Positions 27,864 through 40,398 of a DNA stretch of 64,000 nucleotides are shown here, one piece after another. The DNA is taken from the NCBI RefSeq assembly GCF_006345805.1, contig NC_043010.1, positions 53,258,001-53,322,000 of the forward strand, written 5' to 3'. Made by a program: the position numbers and the translations under genes. The notes under the pieces are model-generated. The model was not told the DNA's origin and made no database searches. It saw only the letters and a list, made by a program, of their open reading frames with translations. Each line of letters begins with the position of its first letter. Position 1 is the stretch's first letter. This stretch comes from Octopus sinensis. Lineage: Eukaryota.

Positions 27864-27864
<1 letters not shown>
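27471..27864. repeat. ~310-bp foldback + ~85-bp tail inside (TA)n
   Basis: TATTAGTCATACGATATAGTGT..CCACTTATAGGAATTCAACA.. pairs with ..TGTTGAATTCCTATAAGTGG..ACACTATATCGTATGACTAATA. Confidence 0.92.
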
Positions 27865-27899
<35 letters not shown>

Positions 27900-27989
27900 A
27901 TATATAGATATATATATATATATATATATATATGCAATACATATATTATACATATACATAAGTTAAACTTTCTTGGAGATAGATGCTCG

Positions 27990-28215
27990 GCGTTCAATCA
28001 TACAATAGTATAAATCGTTACAAAATGTAAACAACATGAATTACAAAATACCAAAACAACATGAATTACGAAGGCAAACGAACAACGAGAGAAACAAATG
28101 GAAAACAAGACAAGTAACATAAAGACCGACCCTTCATCAGTTGTCGGCTGTTCATCTACTCCATATTTCGAGCAATTAACGACAATATGAGATTTGAAAA
28201 ACAGTTGTTCCCGCG
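27990..28215 (-). mobile_element. Element with GAAA...CTGATGA motif (related to 42478-42955)
   Basis: CTTCATCAGTTGTC..TTTCG..GACAATA..AAACAGT..TTCCCG shared with the 42600 region. Confidence 0.55.
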
Positions 28216-28431
28216 AATCACTGACGATTTGATAGGAGCGAGTTCTTTCTTTTTACGTTCTATCTGCGCCTCGGTCCTTTTCAATTCATTATTTTTCAGG
28301 GCCACAGTAATCACATTATTGAGTGGGTCATTTTCGACAGCAGCCCAAGCCCGGAGGAGTAGGTCTATTTCTGTATCCTTCCAGCGTGTGATGTATTGGC
28401 GAGTGCAGAGAGAGGAAGAGAGGGGGGATCG
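28156..28431 (-). pseudogene. Myb/SANT-like domain fragment, probably transposon-derived
   Basis: Stop-free frame lacking a start codon: ..TRWKDTEIDLLLRAWAAVENDPLNNVITVALKNNELKRTEAQIERKKKEL..; W..(E)..LL..W and RT..QI..K...L pattern. Confidence 0.55.
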
Positions 28432-28744
28432 TTATAGGGATATCACGAGGAGTAGGGGAAGAGTAGATGAGAAGAGAATAGAGCAGAAGAGTCCACTAGA
28501 AGGGAGGGATGGGAGGAGAGTAGAGTAGAAGAGTACAGTAGGAGAGGGAAGGAGATTAGGCGAGAAAAGTGAGGAGAGCAAATTGATAGAAAAGAGGAGG
28601 AATAGGGTTTCTATAATCGTACGGATAATTGACTCAAGGAAGTTTAGCTGATACAAGTTAACTCCCTTTATTTTTTCAAACGTCCGGGTGTGTGAGACAA
28701 ATTTACGTCAAAAAGATTATATCAGACGGTGTTAATTAGCTTAT

Positions 28745-29081
28745 GAAGGCTCATGGTTCAGTGGTTAGAGCGTCTTGCTTACGATCGTGAGGTTGTGAGT
28801 TCGAATCCCGGACCGGGCTGTGTGCTATGTTCTTGAGCAAGGCACTTTATTTCACATTGTTCCAGTTCACTCAGAAATGAGTAGAAATGAGTTGCGACGT
28901 CACAGGTGTCAAGCTGTATCGGCCCCTTTGCCTTTCCCTTGGATAACACTGGTGGCGTGGAGAGGGGAGGTTGGTATGCATGGGCGACTGCTGGTCTTGC
29001 ATAAACAACCTTGCCCGGACTTGTACCTGGGAGGGTAACTTTCTAGGTGTAATCCCACGGTCAGTCATGACCGAAAGGGGA
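28745..29081 (+). mobile_element. tRNA-derived SINE family C
   Basis: A box TGGTTCAGTGG, B box GTTCGAATCC, CTTGAGCAAGGCACTT core; homologous minus copies at 40160-40398 and 52870-53140. Confidence 0.9.
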
Positions 29082-29271
29082 TTTCGGCATTAATTAGCTC
29101 AACGGGCTTTTCCCTTGCATTTTTTAAGTCGATTTATTTATTTACTTATTTATTTATTTATATTTGTATATATGTACTCCTCTCTGTGATTTTGTAAGGG
29201 AAATAAAGTTGAAAAGTGTCGAATCGAAGATGTAAACAAAGCGATCGATTATCGGTATTTAGGGGTATTTT

Positions 29272-29677
29272 AGGCGCAGGAGTAGCTGTGTGGTAAGTAG
29301 CTTGTTTACCAACCACATGGTTCCGGGTTCAGTCCTACTGCGTGGCACCTTGGGCAAGTGTCTTCTACTATAGCCTTGGGCCGACCAAAGCCTTGTGAGT
29401 GGATTTGGTAGACGGAAACTGAAAGAAGCCTGTCGTATATATGAATATATATATATATGTATGCGTGTGTGTGTTTGTGTGTCTGTGTTTGTCCCCCTAG
29501 CATTGCTTGACAACCGATGCTGGTGTGTTTATGTCCCCGTTACTTAGCGGTTCGGCAAAACAGACCGATAGAATAAGTACTGGGCTTACAAAAAGAATAA
29601 GTACCAGGGTCGAGTTGCTCGATTAAAGGCGGTGCTCCAGCATGGCCGCAGTCAAATGACTGAAACAAGTAAAAGAG
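29272..29677 (+). mobile_element. SINE family A, full length
   Basis: GGCGCAGGAGTAGCTGTGTGG head to GACTGAAACAAGTAAAAGAG tail with internal (TA)/(TG). Confidence 0.93.
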
Positions 29678-29739
29678 ATATATAAAAAGATAAAGATATA
29701 TATTTTGTTCCATACACACACTATACACACACGTATATG

Positions 29740-29818
<79 letters not shown>

Positions 29819-29819
<1 letters not shown>

Positions 29820-30107
29820 GAGATGCAATGGCCCTCTCGGTGTCGGAGGATGGCGGTTTCGATTCCCAGACCGGGCGTTTTTTGTGTGTACTGAACGAAA
29901 ACACCTAAAAGCTCCACGAGGCTCCGGCAGGGGGTCGTGACGACCCCTGTTGTACGCTTTCGCCACAACTTTCTTTCACTCTCTCTTCCTATTTCTTTAG
30001 TAACGCTGCTGTGGACTGCCGTCACGTCCAGCTGAAGGGGAACACATACGACACAGAAACAGGGAAACCGGGCCCATGAGCCTGGCTTGGCTTGAAAAGG
30101 GCGACGT
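29819..30107 (+). mobile_element. tRNA-derived SINE family D (diverged)
   Basis: Colinear with the reverse complement of 39378-39654 (ACACCTAA.GCTCCACG.GGCTCCGGCAG..CCACAACTTTCT..GGAAACCGG). Confidence 0.8.
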
Positions 30108-30120
30108 TTATCGTTATATA

Positions 30121-30196
<76 letters not shown>

Positions 30197-30927
30197 TGTA
30201 CTTACACACTTTCTCTTAATATAGCTTATTTATTTATTTCCTTTTCTTCCAAGGTTTCGGATCGAAAATGTAAAAAGGATTTACGCTTACCTTCCGTATC
30301 CCACGCGGAAAAACTTTCTTTCAGTGACCACGATATCTTACTGGTGTATTGTGTTTTATCCCAATATATCTCCTAGTAATATATTGAATTACACTCGACA
30401 TGCAGCGGCGTTTGGTTGGGTACTTCACTTATTTCGAACGGTTTCAACACTTATTTCAAATATTCCACTTAGAAGGAACACGGTAAAAGATAACTTGAAA
30501 TACTTCAGAGCGTGTCTACAAATACGATAACTTTCTGATCTATTGTATTTCATTCCAACATATTTTCTTGTAATAAATTGAAAATACACTCAATATGCAG
30601 CGACTTCTGCGTGGATTATTCCACTTATTTCGAACGCTTTCAAGGTATCCAAAGGAGATTTTCTTACAGATTCTCTGGAGGAAATATTGGCACGTCTTTA
30701 GTGTGCGGAGACCGGAAGTATATATAATATTATTTTATATGAATATGTGGATTCGTTATTTATTTATTTATTATTTTTTTCTTTTTTTGCCTACGTAAAA
30801 AAAAGTCTGTTACTGTCTGGGAGATCGTTATGGTAGTGAAAAAGGCATTTATCTCCTACTTCTAAGATCAGTGCGTGTCGAAGCTATTAGCTGACTCCTT
30901 TATTATAATTATGTATATAATTATAGA

Positions 30928-30958
<31 letters not shown>

Positions 30959-31008
30959 CGTCACATATATTTTATAACTTATATGTAAAATAGGTACAAT
31001 AATATATA

Positions 31009-31061
<53 letters not shown>

Positions 31062-31370
31062 TATATACATACTTTATATACACCCACCCACATATTTGTA
31101 TATATAACGTATTGCATACTTACAAATGTTATATATTTTTATACATACATACATACATACATACTTAGAGAGACAGATACAGTCATGTATATATATATAT
31201 ATATATGTATATATATGTATGTATGTATATGTATATATATATACATAGAGGTACATACATACATATATATATATATATATTTATATACATATGTGTGTAT
31301 GTATATATACATATATATATACATATATATACATATATACACTAACACACACACACACACATATATATAT

Positions 31371-31419
<49 letters not shown>

Positions 31420-32294
31420 CAATGACATTGTCTAGCCAGTTGACACTTATATCTATTATATCCTATGTAATCAACAATCAACGATCTAAACTGTGAGTCT
31501 ATCCAATCATCATATTCAGACTGTGTCAGACTTGTCATCTTCTAAATGAGTGTTCCTCGGAAATAACTAATGGCGGCTAAGCCAAAGAACCATATATTTA
31601 CAACTAACGACACAATCACCCCCGACTCCTAACTACTTCTACTTCAACAACAATAACAACAACAACAACAACAGCAGCAGCAAAAACTGTTGATCATCGT
31701 GATCAACAGGAAAGATTTTTCCGATACGGTGTTTTATATTTCGGTTTTTCGTTTTGGATTTTAGCTGCTTTTACATCCTTTGTTTTCTAAATTCCATTTA
31801 TTGGTTTGCATTGTTGTGATAGTTAATGACGAAAACAACAACAAACAAAAAATACAAAAATGCAACAAAAAAAAAAAAGAATCTCATGTCCGCCATAATT
31901 TCTAAATGCTTCATTTTTCTAAATATATTTTTCTTTTCTTCAAATTTTCACTTTTGTTTTTCTTTTAAAAAAAAAAACTAACCAGGGATACTACTATAGA
32001 TTATATGTAATTTTAAACTGTAGCCTTTATTCATATTTTATATATCTATATAATTTTTCGCAACACGAAAAAACGAGAATAAGATATCATTCGTTTACAA
32101 CATTTATACGAGAAAATACGATATTTAAATACAGAAGCTGGAAACGCATTCTTTTCGTTCTTTTATAATTTTAACGCTTTTCTAGTTTTAGCATAAATTT
32201 TCCTCTTATTGTTTGTAGAACTTGTATTGTTACCGTTTCTTTCTTATTTATTTTTCCGGCTGTTGCTGCTGTTGTTTTCAGAATTACACTTAAC

Positions 32295-32331
32295 ATTATT
32301 ATTATTATTATCATTATTATTATTATTATTA

Positions 32332-32379
<48 letters not shown>

Positions 32380-32382
32380 CAA

Positions 32383-32422
<40 letters not shown>

Positions 32423-32430
32423 TATTATTA

Positions 32431-32484
<54 letters not shown>

Positions 32485-32492
32485 TATTATTT

Positions 32493-32536
<44 letters not shown>

Positions 32537-32551
32537 TATTATTATTATCAA

Positions 32552-32600
<49 letters not shown>

Positions 32601-32680
32601 TATTATTATTTATTATTATTATATTATTATTTATTATTATTATTATATTCATCATCATCATCATCATGACCATCATCATT
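32295..32680. repeat. (TTA)n/(CAT)n microsatellite
   Basis: Directly visible. Confidence 0.97.
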
Positions 32681-32920
32681 AATGTTGCTGTTGTTATCGT
32701 TGTTGTTTTGTTTTTTTTTGTTATTGTTGTCGGTGTTTTGTTATTATGGATTTGTTGTTTTGCAGTTTGGTTAAAGGGTGATATGATGTTTATTTCGATT
32801 CTGACGAGTTATTCAGTACAATCTGGTTTTCACAGATTCTCAGTAAAGAAGAAAACAGTACGCCATGAAACAACGTAATGTATACATAAATACATATATA
32901 TATATCTGTGTGTGTGTATG

Positions 32921-32926
32921 TACACA

Positions 32927-32964
<38 letters not shown>

Positions 32965-33009
32965 AGCATACATATGTACATACATACATATATATGCAAA
33001 CACATATAC

Positions 33010-33057
<48 letters not shown>

Positions 33058-33103
33058 GTATATGTGTTTGCATATATATGTATGTATGTACATATGTATG
33101 CTG

Positions 33104-33134
<31 letters not shown>

Positions 33135-33144
33135 TATATGTGTA
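32921..33144. repeat. Palindrome centred on (TA)n
   Basis: 32961-33016 is the exact reverse complement of 33051-33106. Confidence 0.9.
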
Positions 33145-33176
33145 CATACATATATAATAATATATATAGTATATAT

Positions 33177-33220
<44 letters not shown>

Positions 33221-33334
33221 ATATATATACTATATATATTATTATATCACATGTGACATATGTATATACTTTTATAAATATGTATATATGCATATTTATA
33301 TGTGTAAATATATATATGCGTGTATGTATATATG

Positions 33335-33379
<45 letters not shown>

Positions 33380-33486
33380 CGTATGCATGTTTGTGTGTCT
33401 ACATACACACGCATATACATGCGTATTTAAATACGTATGTATGTGGCCGTACATACTGTAGATAGATAGATAGCTACATAGACAGT

Positions 33487-33519
<33 letters not shown>

Positions 33520-33599
33520 ACAAACAGACAGACAGATAGATAGGTAGATACATACATAGATAGATAGATGGACAGACAGACAGTCAGATATATATATAG

Positions 33600-33650
<51 letters not shown>

Positions 33651-33651
33651 G

Positions 33652-33717
<66 letters not shown>

Positions 33718-33718
33718 C

Positions 33719-33768
<50 letters not shown>

Positions 33769-34861
33769 GGACAGACAGACAGACAGGCAGACAGACAGGC
33801 AGAGAGGTAGACAGCCTAACTGAAAATTTAAAGCTAAAATGAACACGTTCAGATTTTTGTTTTTTTTTCCTTTATTTTTGGTGAACTTTATTTCGATTAT
33901 TGTTATCATTCCCGACATCATTGTTCTTTTGTTCTTTGTTTTTTTTTTGTGTGCATGTTTTTGTTGTTGCTGTTGTTATTGTCTCTTCCATTATTATTGC
34001 TATTTTCATTCGTGTTATCATTCTTACCGTTGAATAGTCTGATGGTACTCTTGTTTATAATGTCGTTCTTAATGTATTGCCATTGCTACAGCTGTTCTCT
34101 CTGGCACTGTCTTTATCGTATGTTATGTTTTGCAATTTTTGATAATAACAATAATAATAATTTTGATACTGTTCTTATTGGTTAGCCTTAGGTCATATAC
34201 TGTAATGCGAATCCATTTCTATTCATTCATGTGAGGTCTCATGTGTTGAGGCCAATCCCAGTCGCTGATAATATGTAACATTTCTCAGCAAAGCCCATTT
34301 TCCTTCAGTTTTTTCCGTTACTGGATTTTGTGGATATGTTTTGCAAATACTCCATTTTATCATGGCGTTTTTGATATTCCAACTTCACAATTATCGCAAT
34401 GTATAGTAATAGAATCGGTGAATAATTATCCACACGTAACCATATAGAAAAAATATATCCCTTAGCATAGTTGAAGCAGAAATACTTGAAACTTTGTATT
34501 GCAGTAGTTTTAACATTTCCTTGACGGAAACCTGACTTCTCATAACATAATCCATTGAATTAATCTAAGGAATATCAGGCCTTATGAATAAGGAAAGCAT
34601 AGATGAAGTTATCATGTATAAGCATATCTTGAATGAAGATAACCTAGATTTATCCCCTGTGTAACTATTACAATATATACCCTAATACATATAGCATATT
34701 ACTTTCACATCACATGAAAGCTTATGGATAAAAATCATTTCATATTCACGTTGGGTAGAATCCAATCGCTAAGACACATTTATGTCGCGAATGATAGCAC
34801 ACACATACACACACACAAACTCACACACATGCGCACATATATATAACATATCATATATATA

Positions 34862-34892
<31 letters not shown>

Positions 34893-34917
34893 GTGTGTGT
34901 GTATATATATATATGTA

Positions 34918-35320
34918 TTGGGTTGTCCGGAAAGTTCGTGCCGATTTTTAAAGGAAAGGAAAAGGTCAATAAATACTTGCCGTTACATTTTTAATGAACC
35001 AAATATGAAACATTTTGTTGCACAATGCGTCTCCATCTTTCCTTTAACTTGAAAATACCCTCTTCCCAGAATTGAGGGGGTTTCATGGCAAAGAATTCAT
35101 CAAGGTATCTTTTTACGTCATCCAAGGAATTGAAATTTTTACCATTAAGACCATTCTGCAGAGACCTGAATAAGTAGAAATCCGAAGGAGCAATATCTGT
35201 TGAATATGGAGGGTGGGGTAACACATCCCAGCCGAGCTGCAGCAAATTTTTGTCTGGTTCCCAAAGCATCAAGTGCCGAAAATGAACTTGCTTATTTTCC
35301 ATTTTAATGAAATCCAATCA
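34918..35320 (-). mobile_element. Internally deleted mariner (DD34D) element
   Basis: ORF 35317-34991 fuses N-terminal MENKQVHFRHLMLWE to C-terminal LGWDVLPHPPYSTDIAPSDFYLFRSLQ; TIR TA-TTGGGTTGTCCGGAAAGTTCGTGCCGATTTT at 34916. Confidence 0.92.
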
Positions 35321-36428
35321 ATGACAGCTACATAACATTCAACTATCCTGAGTTGTCAGCTGCCTCTGAATCTTGTAGCTAACTCTTTGCTATTGATAGG
35401 GTCCAAATTCTTCAGATTTTGAAGAGAAGTAAATTCATGTTGGATACTATTTCAAGTCTCTTTCCCAATTGTTTTAAGTGCTCTTTCACCGGCTAAAATC
35501 TGCTAACTCTGTGCTTTAAATCGTTTTCGTCCAGCCTTCAGCAATTCGATTGTCGTCCCTGAAAAGTCCATCATATCCGACGGATTTAAGAATCTCTGGT
35601 TGTGGAGACATCATTTTAATTGGCTGTCTTTAGCGAAGCTCACAGTTTTGCAACTATTTGGGCCAGGTTTTTTGGGTTGAAGTTACCTTTCTAACTAGTT
35701 CCATCGAGCCATTTCTGTAAAGGTCTGTAAAGGTTCTGTAAAGATCAAGGTCACTGTCTTTCTTCTCATTAACTACAAACAAAAGCAAAGATCCAGGCAG
35801 AAACAAATTGTTGCAAACAAATTTTTGATTCTAGATTAACAAAATAATGTATTATCTTGCTTAAAAAATATCTATGATGTCATCAATTTTATATCAACTT
35901 TCTCACCCCTTTACTAACATGTATTAGCTATTCTCCTTTTGCTAGAAAAGTGGTTCGTTCATTTCATCACCTGATAATTGTATATAATTTCATTCTTTTA
36001 TGTTATTAAACATTAAAATAATATTCAATATATGTGAGCAATTGTTATTTTTCTGTAACCATTTCCGATCATAAGTTTGCTTTTGTTTATACAATTCAAA
36101 GTATAGCAGCCGACAGCTAATCGTCTGCTTTTCACCTGTTGAAAAATACAAGGACGTTTTTCTTTCTCTACTCTTCAAGGTTGTCTGCATTATTTTTGCA
36201 ATTGCTATCACTGTAAACTAATGAACACTTTTTCTTTACCCCAGCGTATTTGTCCAGTTAATGGATTCACAAACCTCTTGTGACAGAATTTAAAGATGTT
36301 GTTTTAATTGTCGGTTGTAAAGCAAAGATTTTTTCTGAAGATTATATGCTTTGATATCAATTAATGCAGCTAAAATTTCGTTGACACACCACGCTACATG
36401 TGCCCCACGATATGCTTATTATGATAAT

Positions 36429-37010
36429 GTAGCAAGCTGGCAGAAACGTTTGCACGCCGGGCGGAATGCATAACGGTATTTCGTCTGCCGTTACGTTCTC
36501 AGTTCAAATTCCACCCAGGTCGACTTTGCCTTTCATCTTTTCGGGGTCGATTAAAATAAGTACCAGTTACGCATTGGGGCCGATATAATAGACTTAAATC
36601 TGTTTGTCTGTCCTTGTTTGTCCTCTCTGAGTTTAGCCCCTTGTGGGTAGTAAAGAAATAGGTATTTCGACTGCCGCTACGTTCTGACCACAAATTCCGC
36701 CGAGGTCGACTTTGACTTTCATCCTTTCAGGGCTGATTAAATAAGTACCAGTTACGCACTGAGGTCGATATAATCGATTTAACGCGTTCATCTGTCCTTG
36801 TTTGTCCTTTCTGTGTTTAGCCCCTTGTGGGTAATAAACAAATAGGTATTTTGTCTGCCGCTACGTCCTGATTTCAAATTCTGCCGAGGTTGACATTGCC
36901 TTTCATCCTTTCGGAGTCGGTAATTAAGTATCAGTTGCGTACTGGAGTCAATCTAATCGACTGGCCCCCTCCCAAAAAATTCCGGGAGTTGTGTCAAGAG
37001 TAGAAAAGGA
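36429..37010 (+). mobile_element. SINE family B trimer
   Basis: Units start GGTATTT at 36475, 36661, 36845; last unit has an alternative tail. Confidence 0.9.
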
Positions 37011-37282
37011 CATGTTAGCCGGTGTTTTTTGCATTTTAGTGATTCCAAATTTTTATTGATTCGCTAATAATTGTTTGAAATATTGGACACAAAGGCCACA
37101 ATTGTATAAGGGAGGCAGAGATTAATCGATTACATCGACCTCAGTAATCGATTGGTCCTTATTTTATCGACTCCGAAAGATGAAAAGCAAAGTCCACCTC
37201 GGTGGTATTTGAACGCAGAACACAAGAATATTTTGACTGGCGAGCTAACTATTCTGTTCGTTAATACTGAAAATCGTTTGTA

Positions 37283-37313
<31 letters not shown>

Positions 37314-37361
37314 TGTATGTATGTATGTATGTATTATGTATGTATTTATGTATGTATGTAT

Positions 37362-37590
37362 CATGCGCGGGGACACAGAAATAATCGGACTGTATACCCG
37401 ATCGCGCGGTTAAACCATTGGGAGTGAAGGACTCCTAGCCTTTGTTAGGGCATCCTTCTAGGAGAAGGTAACTCAGGTAACTGGGATTATTCCGACATAA
37501 AACCTGCGGCTCAGTGGTTACCGATGATGTTGACTTGTTCTTCTTTTCGGATTATGGCTGCTGTTCCTTAGTGAGTGGGATTGACACAAG
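37362..37590 (+). mobile_element. RTE-type 5' UTR-like fragment with possible HDV-like ribozyme fold
   Basis: AGGGCATCCTTCTAGGAGAAGGTAACTC resembles the RTE leader motif; nested pairings fit the P1/P2/P3 order. Confidence 0.4.
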
Positions 37591-38303
37591 GCCTAAAATT
37601 TGATGGGTGGGAATAGTCGGCTAAATGCACTGCGGTACTTGGCTGCTACGATATTTCATAGAGTCTGCAGGGAGGAGAAAGGAAACCTACGGTATTTAAG
37701 AAATACTAGAAAGCATTTTTTCCCGACGATATAACGATTCTGTCCATCTGATAAAAGGCTAATGCTGATGTTGTTGTTGTTGTTGATGATGGTGGTGGAG
37801 GAGGAGGAGGTGGAAGAGGAGAAGGATGATGATATTGAAGAGAAACAGTAGGGGTACGTTGATGGAGTGGGAGGACCTGAAGGAGGAGGAGGAAACAGTG
37901 AAAGGGAAGGAGTGGAAGAAGGAGAAAAAGAAGAGGAAAAGAAGAGGGAGGGGGAGGGAGGAGGAAGTGGAAAACCTGAGGAGAAAAATGTAGAGGAGAA
38001 TGAGGAGGAGGAGGACGGGGAAGAGAGTGAGAGGAAGAGGAGAATGGGAAAAGGAAGGATGGGGAGGAAGGGAAGGAGGAGGGGTGAAGGGGGATGAAGG
38101 GAAGGAGAGGAGGAGGAGGAAGGAGGCACGTGATCAGCGATTTTGGTCAGAGTTTTAAGTCGAAACATCGACACCAATTCTTGATTAGTACTTTATTTTA
38201 TCCACACCTCACCCCATCCCACCCCACCACAAGAAAGGCGAAAATCAAGTACACTTCGACGGTGTTTGAACTCAGCACGGAAATCAGGTGGAAGAAACAC
38301 AGC

Positions 38304-38720
38304 AGGCGCAGGAGTGGCTGTGTGGTAAGTAGCTTGTCTACCAGCCACATGGTTCCGGGTTCAGTCCCACTGCGTGGCACCTTGGGCAAGTGTCTTCTAC
38401 TATAGCCTCGGGCCGACCAAAGCCTTGTGAGTGGATTTGGTAGACGGAAACTGAAAGAAGCCCGTCGTATATATGTATATATATATATATATATGTATGC
38501 GTGTGTGTGTTTGTGTGTATATGTTTGTCCCCCTAGCATTGCTTGACAACCGATGCTGGTGTTTTTATGTCCCCGTTACTTAGCGGTTCGGCCAAAGAGA
38601 CCGATAGAATAACTACTGGGCTTACAAAAGAATAAGTCCCGAGGTGGTCGAGTTGCTCGATTAAAGGCGGTGCTCCAGCATGGCCGCAGTCAAATGACTG
38701 AAACAAGTAAAAGAGTTAAA
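38304..38720 (+). mobile_element. SINE family A, full length
   Basis: Near-identical to 29272-29677. Confidence 0.93.
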
Positions 38721-39377
38721 GAGCAGAGCATTTTATGCCGATGCTCTAACGATTCGAATTCCAACTAGCAACAACCAAGCGTCGATTTTATCAGGTTCAC
38801 CGCGATACAGTCTTGGCACAGTAATAATAATTGAATATGAAATATAATTCTGTTTCCTTTATTTGTTGTGATATTGTATATAACTATTTTATTCAGTATG
38901 TTGGTATGCGACAGAAACTATAAACTGCCGGATTAAATGTTTTTCTTTTCTCTAAATATAATGTATCTCTCTATATTCAGATTCTATATTCCCCTATCAC
39001 TGTCTTTCTTTATCGTATTTCTATTTCTACTATTTTAAATAAATGATATAGTGATGTCTGTTATTCGATCTATCACCGAACATTTAGCTTTGCAAAAATT
39101 AATCAATTTTATATTTATTTATTAAAACATTTTTTTTTTAAAAGATAATAATATTTTCAAAAAGTAAGTTTTGTGAGAATTGTTTACCAATGAGACTTGT
39201 AAACATAATCTACTTCATTTTTCTTTTCCTTTCTTCTGTTCGCGTTCAAGTTTGTTACATGATCGTTTATGCTTCTGATTTCAATCTTGTGGTTTGGTGG
39301 GCGTTGAAAGAACCTGGTTAAATGTCCATACGCTCATGTTGCATATCCCAACCACGTTCTAGCTTTGTTATAATTGT

Positions 39378-39691
39378 TGTCTGTTCCTTCTCGAGCCAAG
39401 CCTGGCTCATAATGGCCGGTTTCCCGGTTTCCTTGGCGCATAGGTTCCCCGCTGGTGAGCTGCAAGATTAAGGAGGAAAGAGTGAAAGAAAGTTGTGGCG
39501 AAAGAGTCAGCAGAAGTTCGCCATTACCTTCTGCCGGAGCCGCGTGGAGCTTAGGTGTTTCGCTCATAAACACACACATTACCCGTTCTGAGATTCGAAC
39601 CCGCGATCCCTCGACCGCGAATCCGCTGCCCTAACCACTAGGCCATGTGTCTCCACACATACATACATGCATGCATACATACATACATACA

Positions 39692-39725
<34 letters not shown>

Positions 39726-40040
39726 CATACATACATACATACATTGTTTGTTCCTTCTCGAGCCACGACTGGCTCATAAGGGCCGGTTTCCCGGTTTCCT
39801 TGGCGCACAGGTTCCCCACCTGGACGGGACGACGGTCCGTCGCAGTGAGCTGCAAGATGCAGGAGGAAAGAGTGAGAGAAAGTTGTGGCAAAAGAATCAG
39901 CAGACGTTCGCCATAACCTTCAGCCGGGGCCGCTTGGAGCTTAGGTGATTCGCTTATAAACACACACATCGCCCTGTCTGAGATTCGAACCCGCGATCCC
40001 TCGACCACGAATCCGCTGCTCTAACCACTAGGCCATGTGC
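39378..40040 (-). mobile_element. Two tandem SINE family D copies (39378-39654, 39745-40040) separated by (CATA)n
   Basis: Minus-strand heads CACATGGCCTAGTGGTTAG..GGTTCGAATCTC (A and B boxes). Confidence 0.92.
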
Positions 40041-40159
40041 TTTGTTGTAATACTTCCCCTGTACATTTTATCTGAGGTTAAAGACGAAAAAAAACATAAA
40101 GCCCACCATATAATTTAACTATCATATGATTCGGCATCGTTTATTTCTGTAGCCTATAA

Positions 40160-40398
40160 AGGGTAAAGGGTAAAGTCCCGTTTTGCTCATGAATGACCAT
40201 AGGATTGTACTTGGAAGTAACCCTCCGAGGCACAAGTCCCGGCAAGGTTGTTTATTGATTAGGGTTAGGGTTAGTATGCAGTCGGGTTAGGTTGGTATGT
40301 AGTCGCCCATGCATACCAGCCTCTCCTCTGTACACCAATGATGTTATTCAAGGGAAATGTAAAAGCCGATATAGCTTGGCACCAGTGACATCGCAACG
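40160..40398 (-). mobile_element. SINE family C 3' part with TTAGGG-containing insertion
   Basis: Matches the reverse complement of 28890-29081. Confidence 0.8.

Noticed and set aside
28745-28820. tRNA gene (also heads near 39580-39654 and 39970-40040)
   Set aside because: A and B boxes continue into SINE bodies; no complete acceptor stem
31560-31900. YY1-like ATGGCGG/CCGCCAT motifs as a promoter
   Set aside because: Short motifs with no linked exon or other support
35330-35800. Minus-strand exon after a good acceptor (TTGTTTGTAG)
   Set aside because: Frames hit stops quickly; no recognisable family
37790-38125. Glu/Gly-rich or Ser/Pro-rich ORFs
   Set aside because: Purine-rich low-complexity tract
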